A stretch of DNA of 63,948 nucleotides, counting the filler, from Dirinaria sp. TL-2023a (taxonomy: Eukaryota), in NCBI GenBank assembly GCA_051941275.1. It is 3 parts of 3 records of this genome, joined end to end, with 100 filler letters (N's around TTAATTAATTAA, not from the genome) between each part and the next. Parts side by side here need not be neighbours in the genome. Positions count along the whole stretch, not along the records: positions 21,562 to 42,988 come from JAVEBF010000258.1; positions 43,089 to 63,948 come from JAVEBF010000273.1; 1 more part is not named here. One strand, 5' to 3'. Positions 35,513 to 48,017 of this stretch are shown here, one piece after another. Position numbers and translations under genes: made by a program. How positions within the stretch are numbered: position 1 is the first letter of the stretch; every line of letters starts with the position of its first letter. The notes under the pieces are model-generated. The model was not told the origin of the DNA, ran no database searches, and worked only from the letters and a program-made list of their open reading frames with translations.

Positions 35513-38500
35513 ATGTCGTCTGCGGCTGCTGGTGGCTCGCGATGGCGCAAGAATCCCTTCAGCAGAGAATCGACCTCTCCGTCACCTGTGCCGACGAAAT
35601 CAATTGGTCGACCTATGTCTGCTGTCATGACACCTTCGCCGCAACCCTCAAACTCAGCAGGTCACAGTCGCAACCATTCATTTTCGCCCATGGGCGGCTC
35701 AAACCTCACGTCCGGCCTGCCTAACAGGCAGACGTCTTTCTCCAACCGAAGCAGCAATCAGAATTCTGGTACCTTCGCTCCGAGCTTCATTAAATCCGAA
35801 TCATTGCAGGCTCGAGAAGAGCATGTAGGAGGCATAGAAGGGGAGAATGACTTCTCTGGCAAGCGATATGTCTGGCTACGGGACCCGCAAACCGCCTTTG
35901 TCAAGGGGTGGATCACCGAAGAGAAAGAGGGTAGGCGCATAGTGGTACAATGCGACGATGGTTGTGTAAGCTACTTATTCGATTGGACAAAGGGCTATCT
36001 GATAATGTGGGCTAGCAACGCGAAGTCGATATCGAGAGCGTCGACAAAGTCAATCCAGCAAAGTTCGACAAAGCAGACGATATGGCTGAGCTCACTCATC
36101 TTAATGAAGCGTCTGTGGTACATAATCTTCATATGAGATATCAAGCGGATCTGATCTACGTACGTACCACTCACCCGACCCGTGAAGCTTGATGCTCATA
36201 TCAAATAGACCTATTCTGGACTCTTCTTGGTTACTGTTAACCCATACTGTACTCTACCGATCTACACGAACGAGTATATGAAGATGTACAGAGGCCGCAA
36301 CAGAGACGAGACTAAGCCCCACATTTATGCCATGGCTGACGGCGCTTTCCGGAGCCTGGTGGATGAAGGCGAGAATCAAAGTATATTGGTGACGTGAGTA
36401 CTTGAAAGTTCTCATGAAACGAGCCATGCACTCACTAAGGATGTAGAGGCGAATCTGGCGCAGGAAAGACGGAAAATACCAAGAAAGTCATACAATATCT
36501 CGCTGCTGTAGCTACTTCCGACACGCCTACAGCAAGGTCCGGGATTCGCCAATTCTCAAACCTGTCGCAGCAAATCCTAAGAGCCAATCCAATCCTCGAA
36601 GCTTTCGGAAATGCCCAGACGGTGCGAAATAATAATTCGTCAAGATTTGGTAAATTCATCCGCATAGAATTCACAAGATCTGGCCAGATTGCCGGCGCGT
36701 TCATCGATTGGTATCTTTTGGAAAAGTCTCGTGTGGTCAAAGTGAATTCGAACGAAAGAAATTACCATATTTTCTACCAGCTACTGAACGGTGCGGATCG
36801 CCGCATGAAGGACGAGTTTCTGATTCCAGGCATGGGTGTCGAGGACTTCCTCTACACTCGCGACGGTAACGACGTCATTGCTGGTGTTTCGGACGCTGAT
36901 GAATGGAGTGCACTAATTGAAGCTTTCCATATCATGGGATTTTCTGACAAGGAGCAGACGTCCATACTTCGAACTGTTGCAGCGGTCCTGCTCCTTGGTA
37001 ACGTTACCGTAATGAAGGAGAGTTTCAGGGCAGATCAAGCGGCTTTGACGGAGGAGGCTTATGTGGAAGCCGCAAAAGCCTGTCGACTGCTCAGCATCGA
37101 TGCAGAATCCTTCATCAGAGGCTTGCTTCACCCGAAAGTCAAAGCAGGCAGAGAATGGGTGGAAAAGGTTCAAACGCCCGAGCAAGTCCGATCTGCCCTT
37201 GACGCGCTTTCAAAAGGAATTTACGAGCGCACTTTTGGAGATCTCGTGACTCGTATCAACCGTCAGTTGGACAGGACAAGCGCCGGTGTGGATGACTCCC
37301 ACTTCATTGGTGTCCTCGATATTGCTGGGTTCGAAATCTTCGAAGAAAACAGTTTCGAGCAGCTTTGCATTAATTACACAAACGAGAAGCTGCAACAATT
37401 CTTCAACCATCACATGTTTGTTTTGGAACAAGAAGAGTACGCTCGAGAACAGATTGAATGGCAGTTCATCGACTTTGGAAAGGATTTGCAGCCCACCATC
37501 GACCTGATTGAACTACCAAACCCCATCGGTATCTTCTCTTGCTTAGACGAGGATTCGGTCATGCCTAAAGCCACCGACAAGTCATTTACAGAGAAGATGC
37601 ATTCACTATGGGAAAGGAAAACACCTAAATATCGGGCGTCCCGCCTATCCCAGGGATTTGTATTGACACATTACGCAGCTGAGGTTGAATATTCGACGGA
37701 TGGATGGCTTGAGAAAAATAAAGATCCTCTGAATGACAATATAACTAGGCTTCTGGCTTCATCGAAAGACAAGCATGTAGCCTCACTCTTCGTTGATTGC
37801 GCAGACACAGACGAAGATACTGGTGCAGCTAGAAGCCGTGTCAAAAAGGGCCTATTCAGGACAGTCGCTCAAAGACACAAAGATCAACTTTCGAGCCTGA
37901 TGAGTCAGCTTCATTCCACACATCCTCACTTTGTGCGCTGTATTCTGCCTAACCATAAGAAGAGGCCTAAGCAGTTTAGCGCTCCACTCGTCCTCGATCA
38001 GCTCCGCTGCAATGGTGTACTAGAGGGTATTCGAATTGCTCGGACAGGCTTTCCCAATAGGTTGTCTTTTTCGGAGTTTCGCCAGCGATACGAAGTCTTA
38101 ATTCACAACATGCCAAAGGGCTACATCGAAGGACAAGCAGCAGCTCAAATTATGCTAGAGAAGCTGGACCTTGATACGGCTCTCTATCGGGTCGGTCTTA
38201 CCAAAGTATTTTTCAGAGCCGGCGTGCTGGCAGAACTCGAAGAGCAACGGGACGCCTTGATCCGTGACATTATGTCTAGATTTCAATCAGTTGCCCGTGG
38301 TTTTACACAACGGCGAAGCGCCAATAAACGCCTGTATCGAGCTGAAGCTAGCCGCATCATCCAACGTAACTTCCAGGTCTATCTTGACCTCTGCAATAGT
38401 CCGTGGTGGAGGCTTTTCGTCCGGATGAAACCTCTACTGGGTGCCACGAGGACAGCGGCTGAGGTTAAAAGGCGCGATGAGATGATTCAAGAGCTCGAAT

Positions 38501-41500
38501 CGCAGATACAGCAGGAGAATACTGACCGACAAAAACTTGAGGACGAGCGCAGGCGCACAGACAACGAAATTCAGCGTATCCAGCAAACTTTAGAAAGCGA
38601 GCGTTCTCTAGCATTAGACAAAGAAGAGATCTTTAAACGCTTACAGCAACGAGAGGCGGAGCTGACTGACAAGTTAACTGGAGCAATAGATGACCAGGAC
38701 AGCCTTGAGGAGCAAATCGACGAATTGATAATAGCGAAGAAGAAAGTGGAGGAGCAGGCCGATCAATGGCGTGATCAATTAGAGCAGGCAGGGCAGTTCA
38801 TCGGAAGGCTGGAAGTGGACAAGAAAGACTTAATGGAACAGGTCGCTAAGCTTCAAGATCAGATTCATGGTATCGAGAAAATGCAAGCTGATAAGCACGA
38901 TACGCTAGAGCGCCTGAGTAAAGACAACAAGGTTCTGGACAGTCAATTGCACTTGCAAAAAAGAAAAATTGCCGACCTGGAGAGCAAGTTATTAAAGACC
39001 GATCAAGATCTAGACATCAAGCTAGCAAACACCACTAAGGATCTCAATGCCTCCCGAGTCCAAATCAAGCAGCTCTTGGAGGACAATCGTTCGATCCGGC
39101 AAGAGCTCAATGATTTGTCGTCCACCTCAACTGGTTATGAAGACCTTGTTCGACGTAAGGAGAGCGAAATCGCTGTGCTCAAAGCGGACCAGAGACGACA
39201 TGATACGGACCTCAAAGCGTTGCAATCGGAGAAAGCCACCCTTGCCTCGAGACATGACAATCTCCAAAACCGACTCAGAGAGATACAGTCAGAAGTAGAC
39301 GTCACTAGGTCGCAAAAAGGTCAGCTCGAGCGAGAAGCTGCCGATGCTAAGAGGCTCCTCGAAGCTAAGCTATCTGAAGATGTCCAAGCTGGTAACAGTC
39401 GAAGGATGCTCGACGAGCAAATCAAGGATCTCAAGTCGCAGCTATTCACAGTTCAAGCAGAGCTCAGTCGCGAGCGCCAGTCCAGGGATGACGTCCAGAT
39501 GCTGAGCGACCATAAGCTCAAAAATTTGAAGGAAGAGTACGATAGGCTCAACGAATCGAAGATCACGATTGAAAAGGAGCTCTATGTACAGCAAGATACG
39601 TTGCGTCGCGCAGTGGAAGCTCGTACTGCCGCTGAGAGACATCGCAAAGAGTTGCAGAATGAGCTGAAGAAGCTCAGAGAGCGCTTTGTGGATCTAGAAG
39701 CCTCAAGATTGCAAACGGAAGAGACAATGGAGAGAAGTATATCACGTCAGTCTAATGAGCGACAGGCAAGCTTGCGGAAAGACCTTGAAAGCGTGCGTCA
39801 ACAACTCGATGAGGCAGAAAGTGAACGTGATCGCCTGAATAACGAGGTCAACCGATTGAACATGTTGATCGCGGATTCCGAGAATTTCCGACTCCACCAT
39901 GATCAGCACAAAGAGCGGATCGAACGCGAACTTGTGACCATCAAAGGACGTTTGACCGCGTCAGAAAATGATAATCGCGCTCTATTGAACAAGATACAGC
40001 AGAAGAATCTCGATATTGCACGTTCGAACTCTAGAGCTGGTGACTCTCAGAAGTCACGCTTGAGCCAATTACAAGCGGAGAGGACAAAGCTTGACGAGGA
40101 GAATAGAAGGCTTATGCGGGAATGTGGCGACGCGCAGCTAAAGATTACGTCTTTGGAGAAACAGAAGGAAAGACTCGCCCTGAGCCTAGAAGATCTCAAC
40201 CATGAAGTTTCACGTGAACATATGACATCGCGTAATGCAGAGAAATCTTCGTCGACTCTCAGTATTCAACTCGCAGACTGCAATCGCAATCTTGAAACAG
40301 AAAGGCAAATGAAAGCGCAAGCACAAGCTAATACCAAAAAGCTCCAAGAGTCTCTCAAGAGCGCTAACTCAGAAGTCGAAGAAAGCCGCCGGCAGCTTGT
40401 CCTGCTTCAAAAGGTGTTCACTCCTGATACTAACGACGTTAAGCCTACTTGGGAAACCGTCGCCCCCCGGCTCCCTGACTATCTGGATTTGGCAGCGCAG
40501 TTGGAAGCTTCTCAGCAGGCAGTTCGGGTAACGGGGGAGAAGTGGGCGCGTGCTGAAAACCAAATCTCTGAATTGCGTCGGAGACTCGAAGACGAAGTAG
40601 CTGAGATGGATAATCGCCACTCTTCCTCCAAGCGACAGCTTCTCGAGGAGCTTGATCAGAACACTTTGCCAGCCAGGAAATCACCCAAGCACCTCCGGAA
40701 GGGTTCAGACTTGAGGCTGCACTCGAACATGTCGACGCCGGATCGACGCCGCATCAGCAACCCCACCAACGACTCTGCCAGGTCGGATCGTACAGTCGAT
40801 ACTATCGCTTACAACAAACGCATGGATCTTGCAGCGGACTTGGAGATGGTGCAGAACCAGCTACAGATGACAGAAATGCAAAATCGACATTTGCAGAGCC
40901 AGCTGGGGCGCATGACACCACTCAAAGACTCTTGGCAAGAAGATAGTCCGTCATTAAGGCGAGTGCAGAAGCTTGAAAGGGAGAACAACCGCCTCCACGA
41001 TCGACTCGACGACTCGGCAAAGAAGGTTTCTGCTCTTGAGCGTACTTTGCACTCTGGGGAATTGTCATTGCGGGATGTGCAAGCAAGATCTCACGAAGAA
41101 TTATATGATCTCATCAATTCCCAAGAGACCTCTAGGCAATCTTTGCTTCAGTCGCACAATGACACCGTGGCTGAGCTCGCAGAAGCAAAGACCCAATTTG
41201 ATCACATAAAACATACCAAAGCGTCGCTGGAGGTGGAACTTCGAGATGCTCGATCAGAACTGAAAGACATTGCAGCAGCGCACGAGCATGAGGTCACAAG
41301 TCGGAATCAATTGTTGCAAGATTACTCTGACCTCCAGATCAAACTAGATGCCGACGCATCCAGAGCTGCAGATGCTTCTTCCAGCTTGGATATGTACAAG
41401 CGTCGTGCAGACGAATACTTCAGTAAGCTTGAGCAAGCCGAAATCGCGGTGCTCAAAGCCTCACGTGCTGAACAATCTGCCAAAGCCCAAGCTAGAGAAA

Positions 41501-42954
41501 TAGAAGATAGCTGTGCAAATATCATGGCTGAGCGAAGTGAGATGGACGCAATGGTTGAAGACCTGCAGAAACGTCATCAGCAGAACGAGGAAAGGATTGA
41601 GGATCTTTCGGCAGACCTCGAAAATGTGACTCAAGCGAAGAAGCGGCTCCAGCACGAGCTTGAGGACTACAGGAGCCAGCGGGCAATGGACATCGAAGAT
41701 AAGGAAACCTCCATGGAGCACACTCGGAAAAAGTATCAGAACGAGTTTTCTTCGCTCACAAACGAGCTAGAAATTGAACGAGAAAATGTTATTCATGCTC
41801 GTTCCGAGAACACTCGGCTGCGTGAAGAGCTGGAGGAGCTTAGATCCAAATGGGACGATGAAGTTCTGAACAGCTCGGCATGGGCGAAGGAGAAGTCGAG
41901 GCTCGAGATAACGTTGCAGGATCTGTCTTCGAGTAGAGAGGAAGCAGTGAAGGCTCACAACGATGCACAAAGCAAAATCGTGTCGCTGCTGTCACAAGTA
42001 CGCAACCTGCGCACTTCAGTGGATGACGTCGCCGCTGAGCGAGACATGCTCCAAAAGGAGAAATGGGGGTTAGAAACTCGCCTCACCGAAGCCGGCGACC
42101 GACTTGAGGATCTTGCTCGTGGCGAAAGCCCCTCGATGCGTAATGCAGCGGGCATGGATCGCGAGCTCCTCGAGATCAAGTCAAGCCTCGTGAAGCAGGA
42201 GGACGTTGCAGCAGCAGCGGTCGACAAGATGCGGAGAGCGGAGGCGCTTACCACAGAGATGCAAAAGGATATCGTCGCTGAGAGAGAGACGAATGTCACT
42301 CTGCATCGAGAGAAGGCAGTGTTGGAGAAGAACCTCAATGATCTGCAAGGCCGCGTAGTTGAACTCGAGACGAAAGGATACTCCAGCGCCAGCCAGGATG
42401 TCCGCTTCCTTACCGGCCGAGTGCAAGAGGTATGCATCAATCTACCCCCTGAGAAGCAAAAAAACTCCCTTACAAAGTTAAGAAGAAATATACTAATTCG
42501 CGTACCACAGCTGGAAACACAACTCGAAGATCAAGCCGCCACCCACGCCTCCTCGCTCCGCTCCGTCCGCACCACCGATCGCACGGTCCGAGACCTCCAA
42601 GCACAGATCGCCCGCCGCGAAAAGCAGGCCCAGCAGCTGTCCGACGATGTCTCGCGCGGGCGCGACAAGATCGAGCGCCTGCTGCAGACGATCGACGAGC
42701 TGCAGGCCGAGGAGACCCGCAGCCAGCTCGCGGCCAAGAGAGCCGAGCGGGACTTGAGGGAGGAAAAAGAGAAAGGGCTCCGGCTTGAGAGGGAGCTGGA
42801 AGGGTGGAAAGGCTTGAGGATGGAACGGCCCAGTGGGAGGGACCACCACCACTGGGCAAGCGGGAGCGTCCGAGCGAGCGGCAGCAGTAGGCGGCAGAGT
42901 GGGAATATGTCGGGCTTGGGCAGGATGGCGAGTGAGAGTAAAGGGTTCTTGTGA
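35513..42954 (+). CDS. myo2: Type II myosin heavy chain (cytokinesis/septation); multi-exon
   Basis: SH3-like N-terminus 'KRYVWLRDP', P-loop 'GESGAGKT', '[18 protein letters not shown]', 'LDIAGFE', '[13 protein letters not shown]', an IQ region and a long coiled-coil tail. The last intron is at 42430-42510 (81 nt, in-frame). Confidence 0.95.
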
Positions 42955-42988
42955 TCGTAATAGTAAGCGCGAGACATCCATTGCAGCG

Positions 42989-43088
42989 NNNNNNNNNNNN
43001 NNNNNNNNNNNNNNNNNNNNNNNNNNNNNNNNTTAATTAATTAANNNNNNNNNNNNNNNNNNNNNNNNNNNNNNNNNNNNNNNNNNNN
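42989..43088. other. Artificial scaffold linker / assembly gap: N44-TTAATTAATTAA-N44
   Basis: Same six-frame-stop linker as at 21462-21561. Confidence 0.97.
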
Positions 43089-44918
43089 GGGTGGAAGGCC
43101 TCGGTACTAGTAGTAATCCGTCACGTATACGGCCTCCCCAAAAGGTTAAGACGTATAGTAGGAGAACAGAGATAATGTAGAACCGAGAGGATTCAATCTC
43201 GGCAAGACGTGAAGTCGGACTTATCAATCGGCCTTTTCGAGCGAACCAGCAAAAGGTCTTCTCTCCGCTACCATCGGTAAACGCCTAGCCCCTTCACTCG
43301 AATCCCATAGGCACCTGTATACATAGAATATGCCAGGAAGAAACTCCCATTGCACAATGGGAAATATAAAATCAATTCGATTCCCAGATATGTATATACT
43401 CTAATCCTAGGTACACACACATACACGCGCCCATTGCCCAGCATTCCCAACGCACAAGGTATCTTAGAAGAAAAATTTTCCCTTTTTGCCCTAGAGACCT
43501 AGACCCTAAAATCACCATCAAAGAAGGGAAAGAGGCCCTACATTAATGGTATCTAGGTAAAGTAGGGAGTACACGCTCCAGGACACACGTCGCCCAAAAC
43601 TCCATGGTCCGAATAAGCAGACGAAAAGAACCAGAATCTGTGATCCGGTCGTACACATCGCCGTAGCGCTTGGCGGGATGGGTAACTATCGTTCGGTATC
43701 GCATGAAAATGCCACGAAGGTAGAATTTAAACGTTGGATGATGAAAGGCTATGGACGTGCGGTGATGCGTTTCTCTTGCGACAAAAAGCTGGATGGCCGA
43801 GAAAGGAGAGAGAACAATGGTGGCTAGGGAACGTAAGATTGTACAGGAGCCCCCCTCCTGCACCATTCCGAAATGTTCGCTTTAGTAGTTGGAGGCATGG
43901 TTAGAGTGTGATGATGGAACGGAACCGGGGAGCTGTTGGCGGCGGAGCTGCTTTGAGTGCTAAAGCATGTTACCCAGAGGATAGCGTGAGAGATATCGTG
44001 GACGAGCGAACTAAATAATAGCCACAAATGCTGCCGGAGGTCTAAGGCTGGTGGTGCTGATGCTCAGAGAGAGGTAAAGGTACTCGGCACTGCTTCCTAG
44101 GGTCTGCACAGACTCCTATTTGAAAGACCTTCGAGGCGAATACACAACTGGGAAGCTTTTGTTAGACTGTTGATGAAGGACATAATGCTTCAAAATCCGG
44201 AGAATTTAGCAGCGTCGATGGAATTTTCTTGTTCCTCTCAAGGTGTGATAAGATTTCAAGCCAGCTGACCATCGACCATATTTAATTTTCATGGGCAAAT
44301 TTGCTATAGCTCCTGCTCTGTTCGTAACTTTTTTTTCGGAGATGAAAAAATTATCACCGATTGGAGACACAAACGATCTTCAAAGATTTCCGTTCGAATG
44401 AAGTTCAAAAGAGATGGGTCGAAAGCATCCTAGTGGCTAAACATTGGCGAGTGGTACAGGAACAAGCTCTTAGAAACTGTGTGACAGCTCATCTCAGTCT
44501 TTAACCAAGGAGCACCTTTCTTTGTTAAGTTCAGCTCCTCCGAAGTACCCGCTCCCCAAGTAACTGACTAGCAGCTTTATCCTTTTTTGATAGATAGATT
44601 ATGTAATTATAAATGGTAATTCCTCTTTTTCTTCCAAATTCGTCTGCAATTGCTGCTCGCAATTGGAAGGAAAAACCATGTTCCTTAAGTACTGCTGGCT
44701 TTCTTGCTTCGCAGGTTTCCTACGAACTTATTCCATCTCTGAAGGAGGATGAGATGTTCGCAGTTCGAGGCAAACGATTTGCGCTGAGAAAGAGCGAATG
44801 GCAGCCCTACTACAAGTTCTTGGTGCTATTTTTCGAAAGGGAGGAATCGATGCTGAATTCGGATGGGAAACATCTGAGGGGGATTCTTGGCATTTAAGAG
44901 ATGAATTTGCGTTGGGAA

Positions 44919-46807
44919 TCAAGTCATGATCGGACTCGGACACTTTTTCGTCTGCTTCGTCCCGTCCGCCCTCTTGTAATTCAGCATCCGCATTGAACCC
45001 ATATCGTACTCTTCAACCAAAGTCCCGTCTTCGGCCTCCACCTGTGGTATGTCTTGTCCGTGGCGGAAAGTGCTAGGCCGCATACCGCTATGCAAGCTCT
45101 GGTACTGATGAGAGTTGTCGAATACCTGCTCATGCGAACGCTTGTTCAGCCGCGTGTAATCAGTACTATTGGCGGCGATGGGAGTGGTTGCGTAGGGCTG
45201 GAATTTGCTACGCATGTTCTCGTAACTGGAGCTGGGGGTGATAGCGCTGGCTGGGAGCGAGGCGGATGGCGTGAATGGCTCGTACTTGGTTTCAAGCGGT
45301 GGCTGAAGCGTTTGAATGGGAGGTAGGACTTGGCTGCTGCTATTCGGCGTAGCAGACCTTGGTGCTGGATTTTGCGCAGGTGATTGATAGTAGCTAGGCT
45401 GAACTGGGTTTTGCCGGCTGTCTGACTGAGGATAGGAAGTTAAGGGTTGGCTTTGGTAGCCTTGGTGACTGGCTGGGAGCGAAGCACGGCGGTAATCTGG
45501 TACTGATTTGTACTCCGGCGTAGTCGTTGTATACATTGGCGCTTGCTGGTAGGATGGTTGTTGCGATTGGTTTGGTGGATAGGCGAAGTTTTGAGGGGTC
45601 GAGATCTGGCGAGAGTGCGAATTGGACGGATACTGATAGTCATTGTTGGGTTGCACGTAGCGCTGTTGCGCTTGGGAGATCGGCGCTGGCGGTGGTTGGA
45701 AGGAAGGTGCAGCATATTGAGATGAGTTGGAGCCGAATGTCAGATGGGACGAGTAGCTGGGCCCTGGTTGCGCAGGCTGGACTGGAAGTGGGGGTGGCAC
45801 GTAGCTGGGCTGATTATAGTACCCCAGATCCTGCGAAGACCGACGATGCTCAATCGCGTATGGAGTACCAGGATCCCCGCCGTGGACACTGCCATGGGCG
45901 CTTGCATGTACGCTGCCATGCACACTGCCATTGCTGATGGAGCGCGGTCTTTCAGGCACTTGCTGGAGGGGCGTGCCAAATCGATCAGCCCGGGCATAGG
46001 CATTTTCCTCGTATTCGTCGTAGTCTTTGGATTTGGGATCTCTTCTCCTCATCCGAACGTCTCGGCGTATGCGAACGCGGCAGCCTTGCTCAGCGACAAC
46101 GCGGCTGATGTTGGTACTCTCGGATAAGCCTGGGAACTTCTTTGCGCTGAAGACGGAGAAGGGCTTTGACTTCACTTCCAGGCGCCAGATAGCGAAGTTT
46201 TTAGGTGCCATCTTGGAAGCGGGTGATGAGGACTTCATCTCGGTGCTTTGTGGACTTGGGAGTACCGGCTCGGCATCTTCGTCTTTTGCTTCCTTGAGCT
46301 CTTCAAAGAGGTTGAAGCTCAGTCTGAACTTCCCTTCATGCCGAACGGAGAGATCTGGAAAAATGAAATACCCGCCGGGTGTTGGACGATCCAAATACGC
46401 CATACCAGCGACGGGCATTCCAGTAAGCACCGGAAAGGAAGTAGCGGCGGGTCCAGGAGGAACCCGACCCTGTGCGATCTGACGAGCAGGCTCCAGTGTG
46501 GTGAAGAGGAAGAAATTGGCATTGTGCGAGAAGGTGATATCTTGCTTCGTGTCCCCTTCGAAGATTCGAAGCTGTACGACAGGTGGAGGGTCTACGGGGC
46601 GGCGGTCCGCAGAAGCTGGCATTTGTTAGGTCAGAATTGAAGGAAGTAGGTGATGCCAGTGCAAGACGTACACTTCGCTCCTGAGCCACAAGCTCTAGCA
46701 CGTTCCGGCTGCTGGATCACGTCCATCTCGTATGTCAAGTGCCGCCCTTCCTTGGTAACACGCTTCATTGACGCCTGGGTCTCGTTCGAGACGTGGATAT
46801 TGGCCAT
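44919..46807 (-). CDS. veA: Velvet-domain global regulator VeA; 2 coding exons
   Basis: Exon 1 reads '[10 protein letters not shown]...[11 protein letters not shown]...[14 protein letters not shown]', followed by a 56-nt intron at 46616-46671. Exon 2 contains '[14 protein letters not shown]', '[14 protein letters not shown]', '[12 protein letters not shown]', '[16 protein letters not shown]', a P/Q/S-rich region and the C-terminal 'YKRADG'. Confidence 0.95.
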
Positions 46808-47950
46808 GATGGAGACTGTTGGGGAGGTTGTGTCTCTTGCGACACTGCTTCAGCAATGGATCCTGAAGAGCAACTGCGACCGATTAAAGTCCAATGGTTC
46901 TCGATACAATGTGTACCGTGGCCAGCTGAACAGGTATTGAAGCGATTACAATCACGAGCAAGATCTCAGCCCGTCCTGTAGCGAAGGCTGGGCAGATGAT
47001 GCGCGATCAAGGGTTTAGACTAGAGATGAGTGAGCGGTTTTGATGGAGACGAGGAACAGAGCAATTAAGCGTGCGTGCGTGCAGGCTGATGGAAAGGCTG
47101 TGATCAAGCGAGCCAAGGTGTTGGGTAAGACGGAACAACGGAACGAGAAGTCAACGCGACGACGTACCAACAGATGCTTGGATCAGCACACGACTGCGAC
47201 AGCAGCAATCGCCAATTGGCCGGGTCTCTTTTCCCCAAAACACCACCCTTTTCAGGCAGAGTGAGTGGGGGAAAGAGAGAGAAGGAGAGAGGGAACGACA
47301 GCAATGGACGAGCTGTGTTTTGGAGTGCGATATAGGAGAAGAGGATGACGGAGTGGGTGAGAACTTGGCGAGGGTGTGCGGACTGCGATGGTGAGAGAGA
47401 GAAAGACGGGAAAGAACAAGTGGGCGCCGAGCGCCAAAACGGGAGAGCGGGCTGCCTGGGATCCTAATTACGGGGACCGTCGCCCTCTCTCTCTCTCTAA
47501 GGTGTATTATTATCACCCTTACCTTAAGGTGGTAAGTAATAAGTAAAGATATGACGAAACAATCCAAAGCCAACAACCCCCCCAAGTCATTCGCAACAAG
47601 AATGATTGCGAGGTTTTGCGTCGGTCAGCAATGATGCATGATTGCGATGCCGGAGGTTGGGTTGAAGATGAGACCTGAACTCTCTCTGCACCTTAATTAG
47701 CTGTGAGGAAGACCTTTTACTCTTGTGAGTTAAGTGTGAGGAATGGAAGAAGGAAGAAGGGAAGTCGAAACGGGGGCATATTTGGGGGTGAAGAACCGGA
47801 CAGCAGCGCTGATCATGCAACCATCTCCCACCGGGACCCACTGTACCCACACCATTCACGAATCGCAAGCGAGCCGACTGCTGGACAGGCTCCTCGATAG
47901 CGCATCATGGGGAGGCTTGAGTCCTCTCAGTAGTGTCCTCTTCCCCCCCC

Positions 47951-48017
47951 CCAACTGGACCCCAGTGAGCCAGTGGACGCCAGTGGGCACCACTGGACAC
48001 CACTGGACACCAAGTGG
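47951..48017. repeat. Degenerate 10-bp tandem repeat (core CCASTGG, about 7 units)
   Basis: ccaactggac/cccagtgagc/cagtggacgc/cagtgggcac/cactggacac/cactggacac/caagtgg. Confidence 0.7.

Noticed and set aside
10170..46807. Functional clustering of veA (light/secondary-metabolism regulator) with the mycosporine genes
   Set aside because: They are ~28 kb apart, separated by housekeeping genes and two artificial contig linkers, so even physical linkage is unproven.
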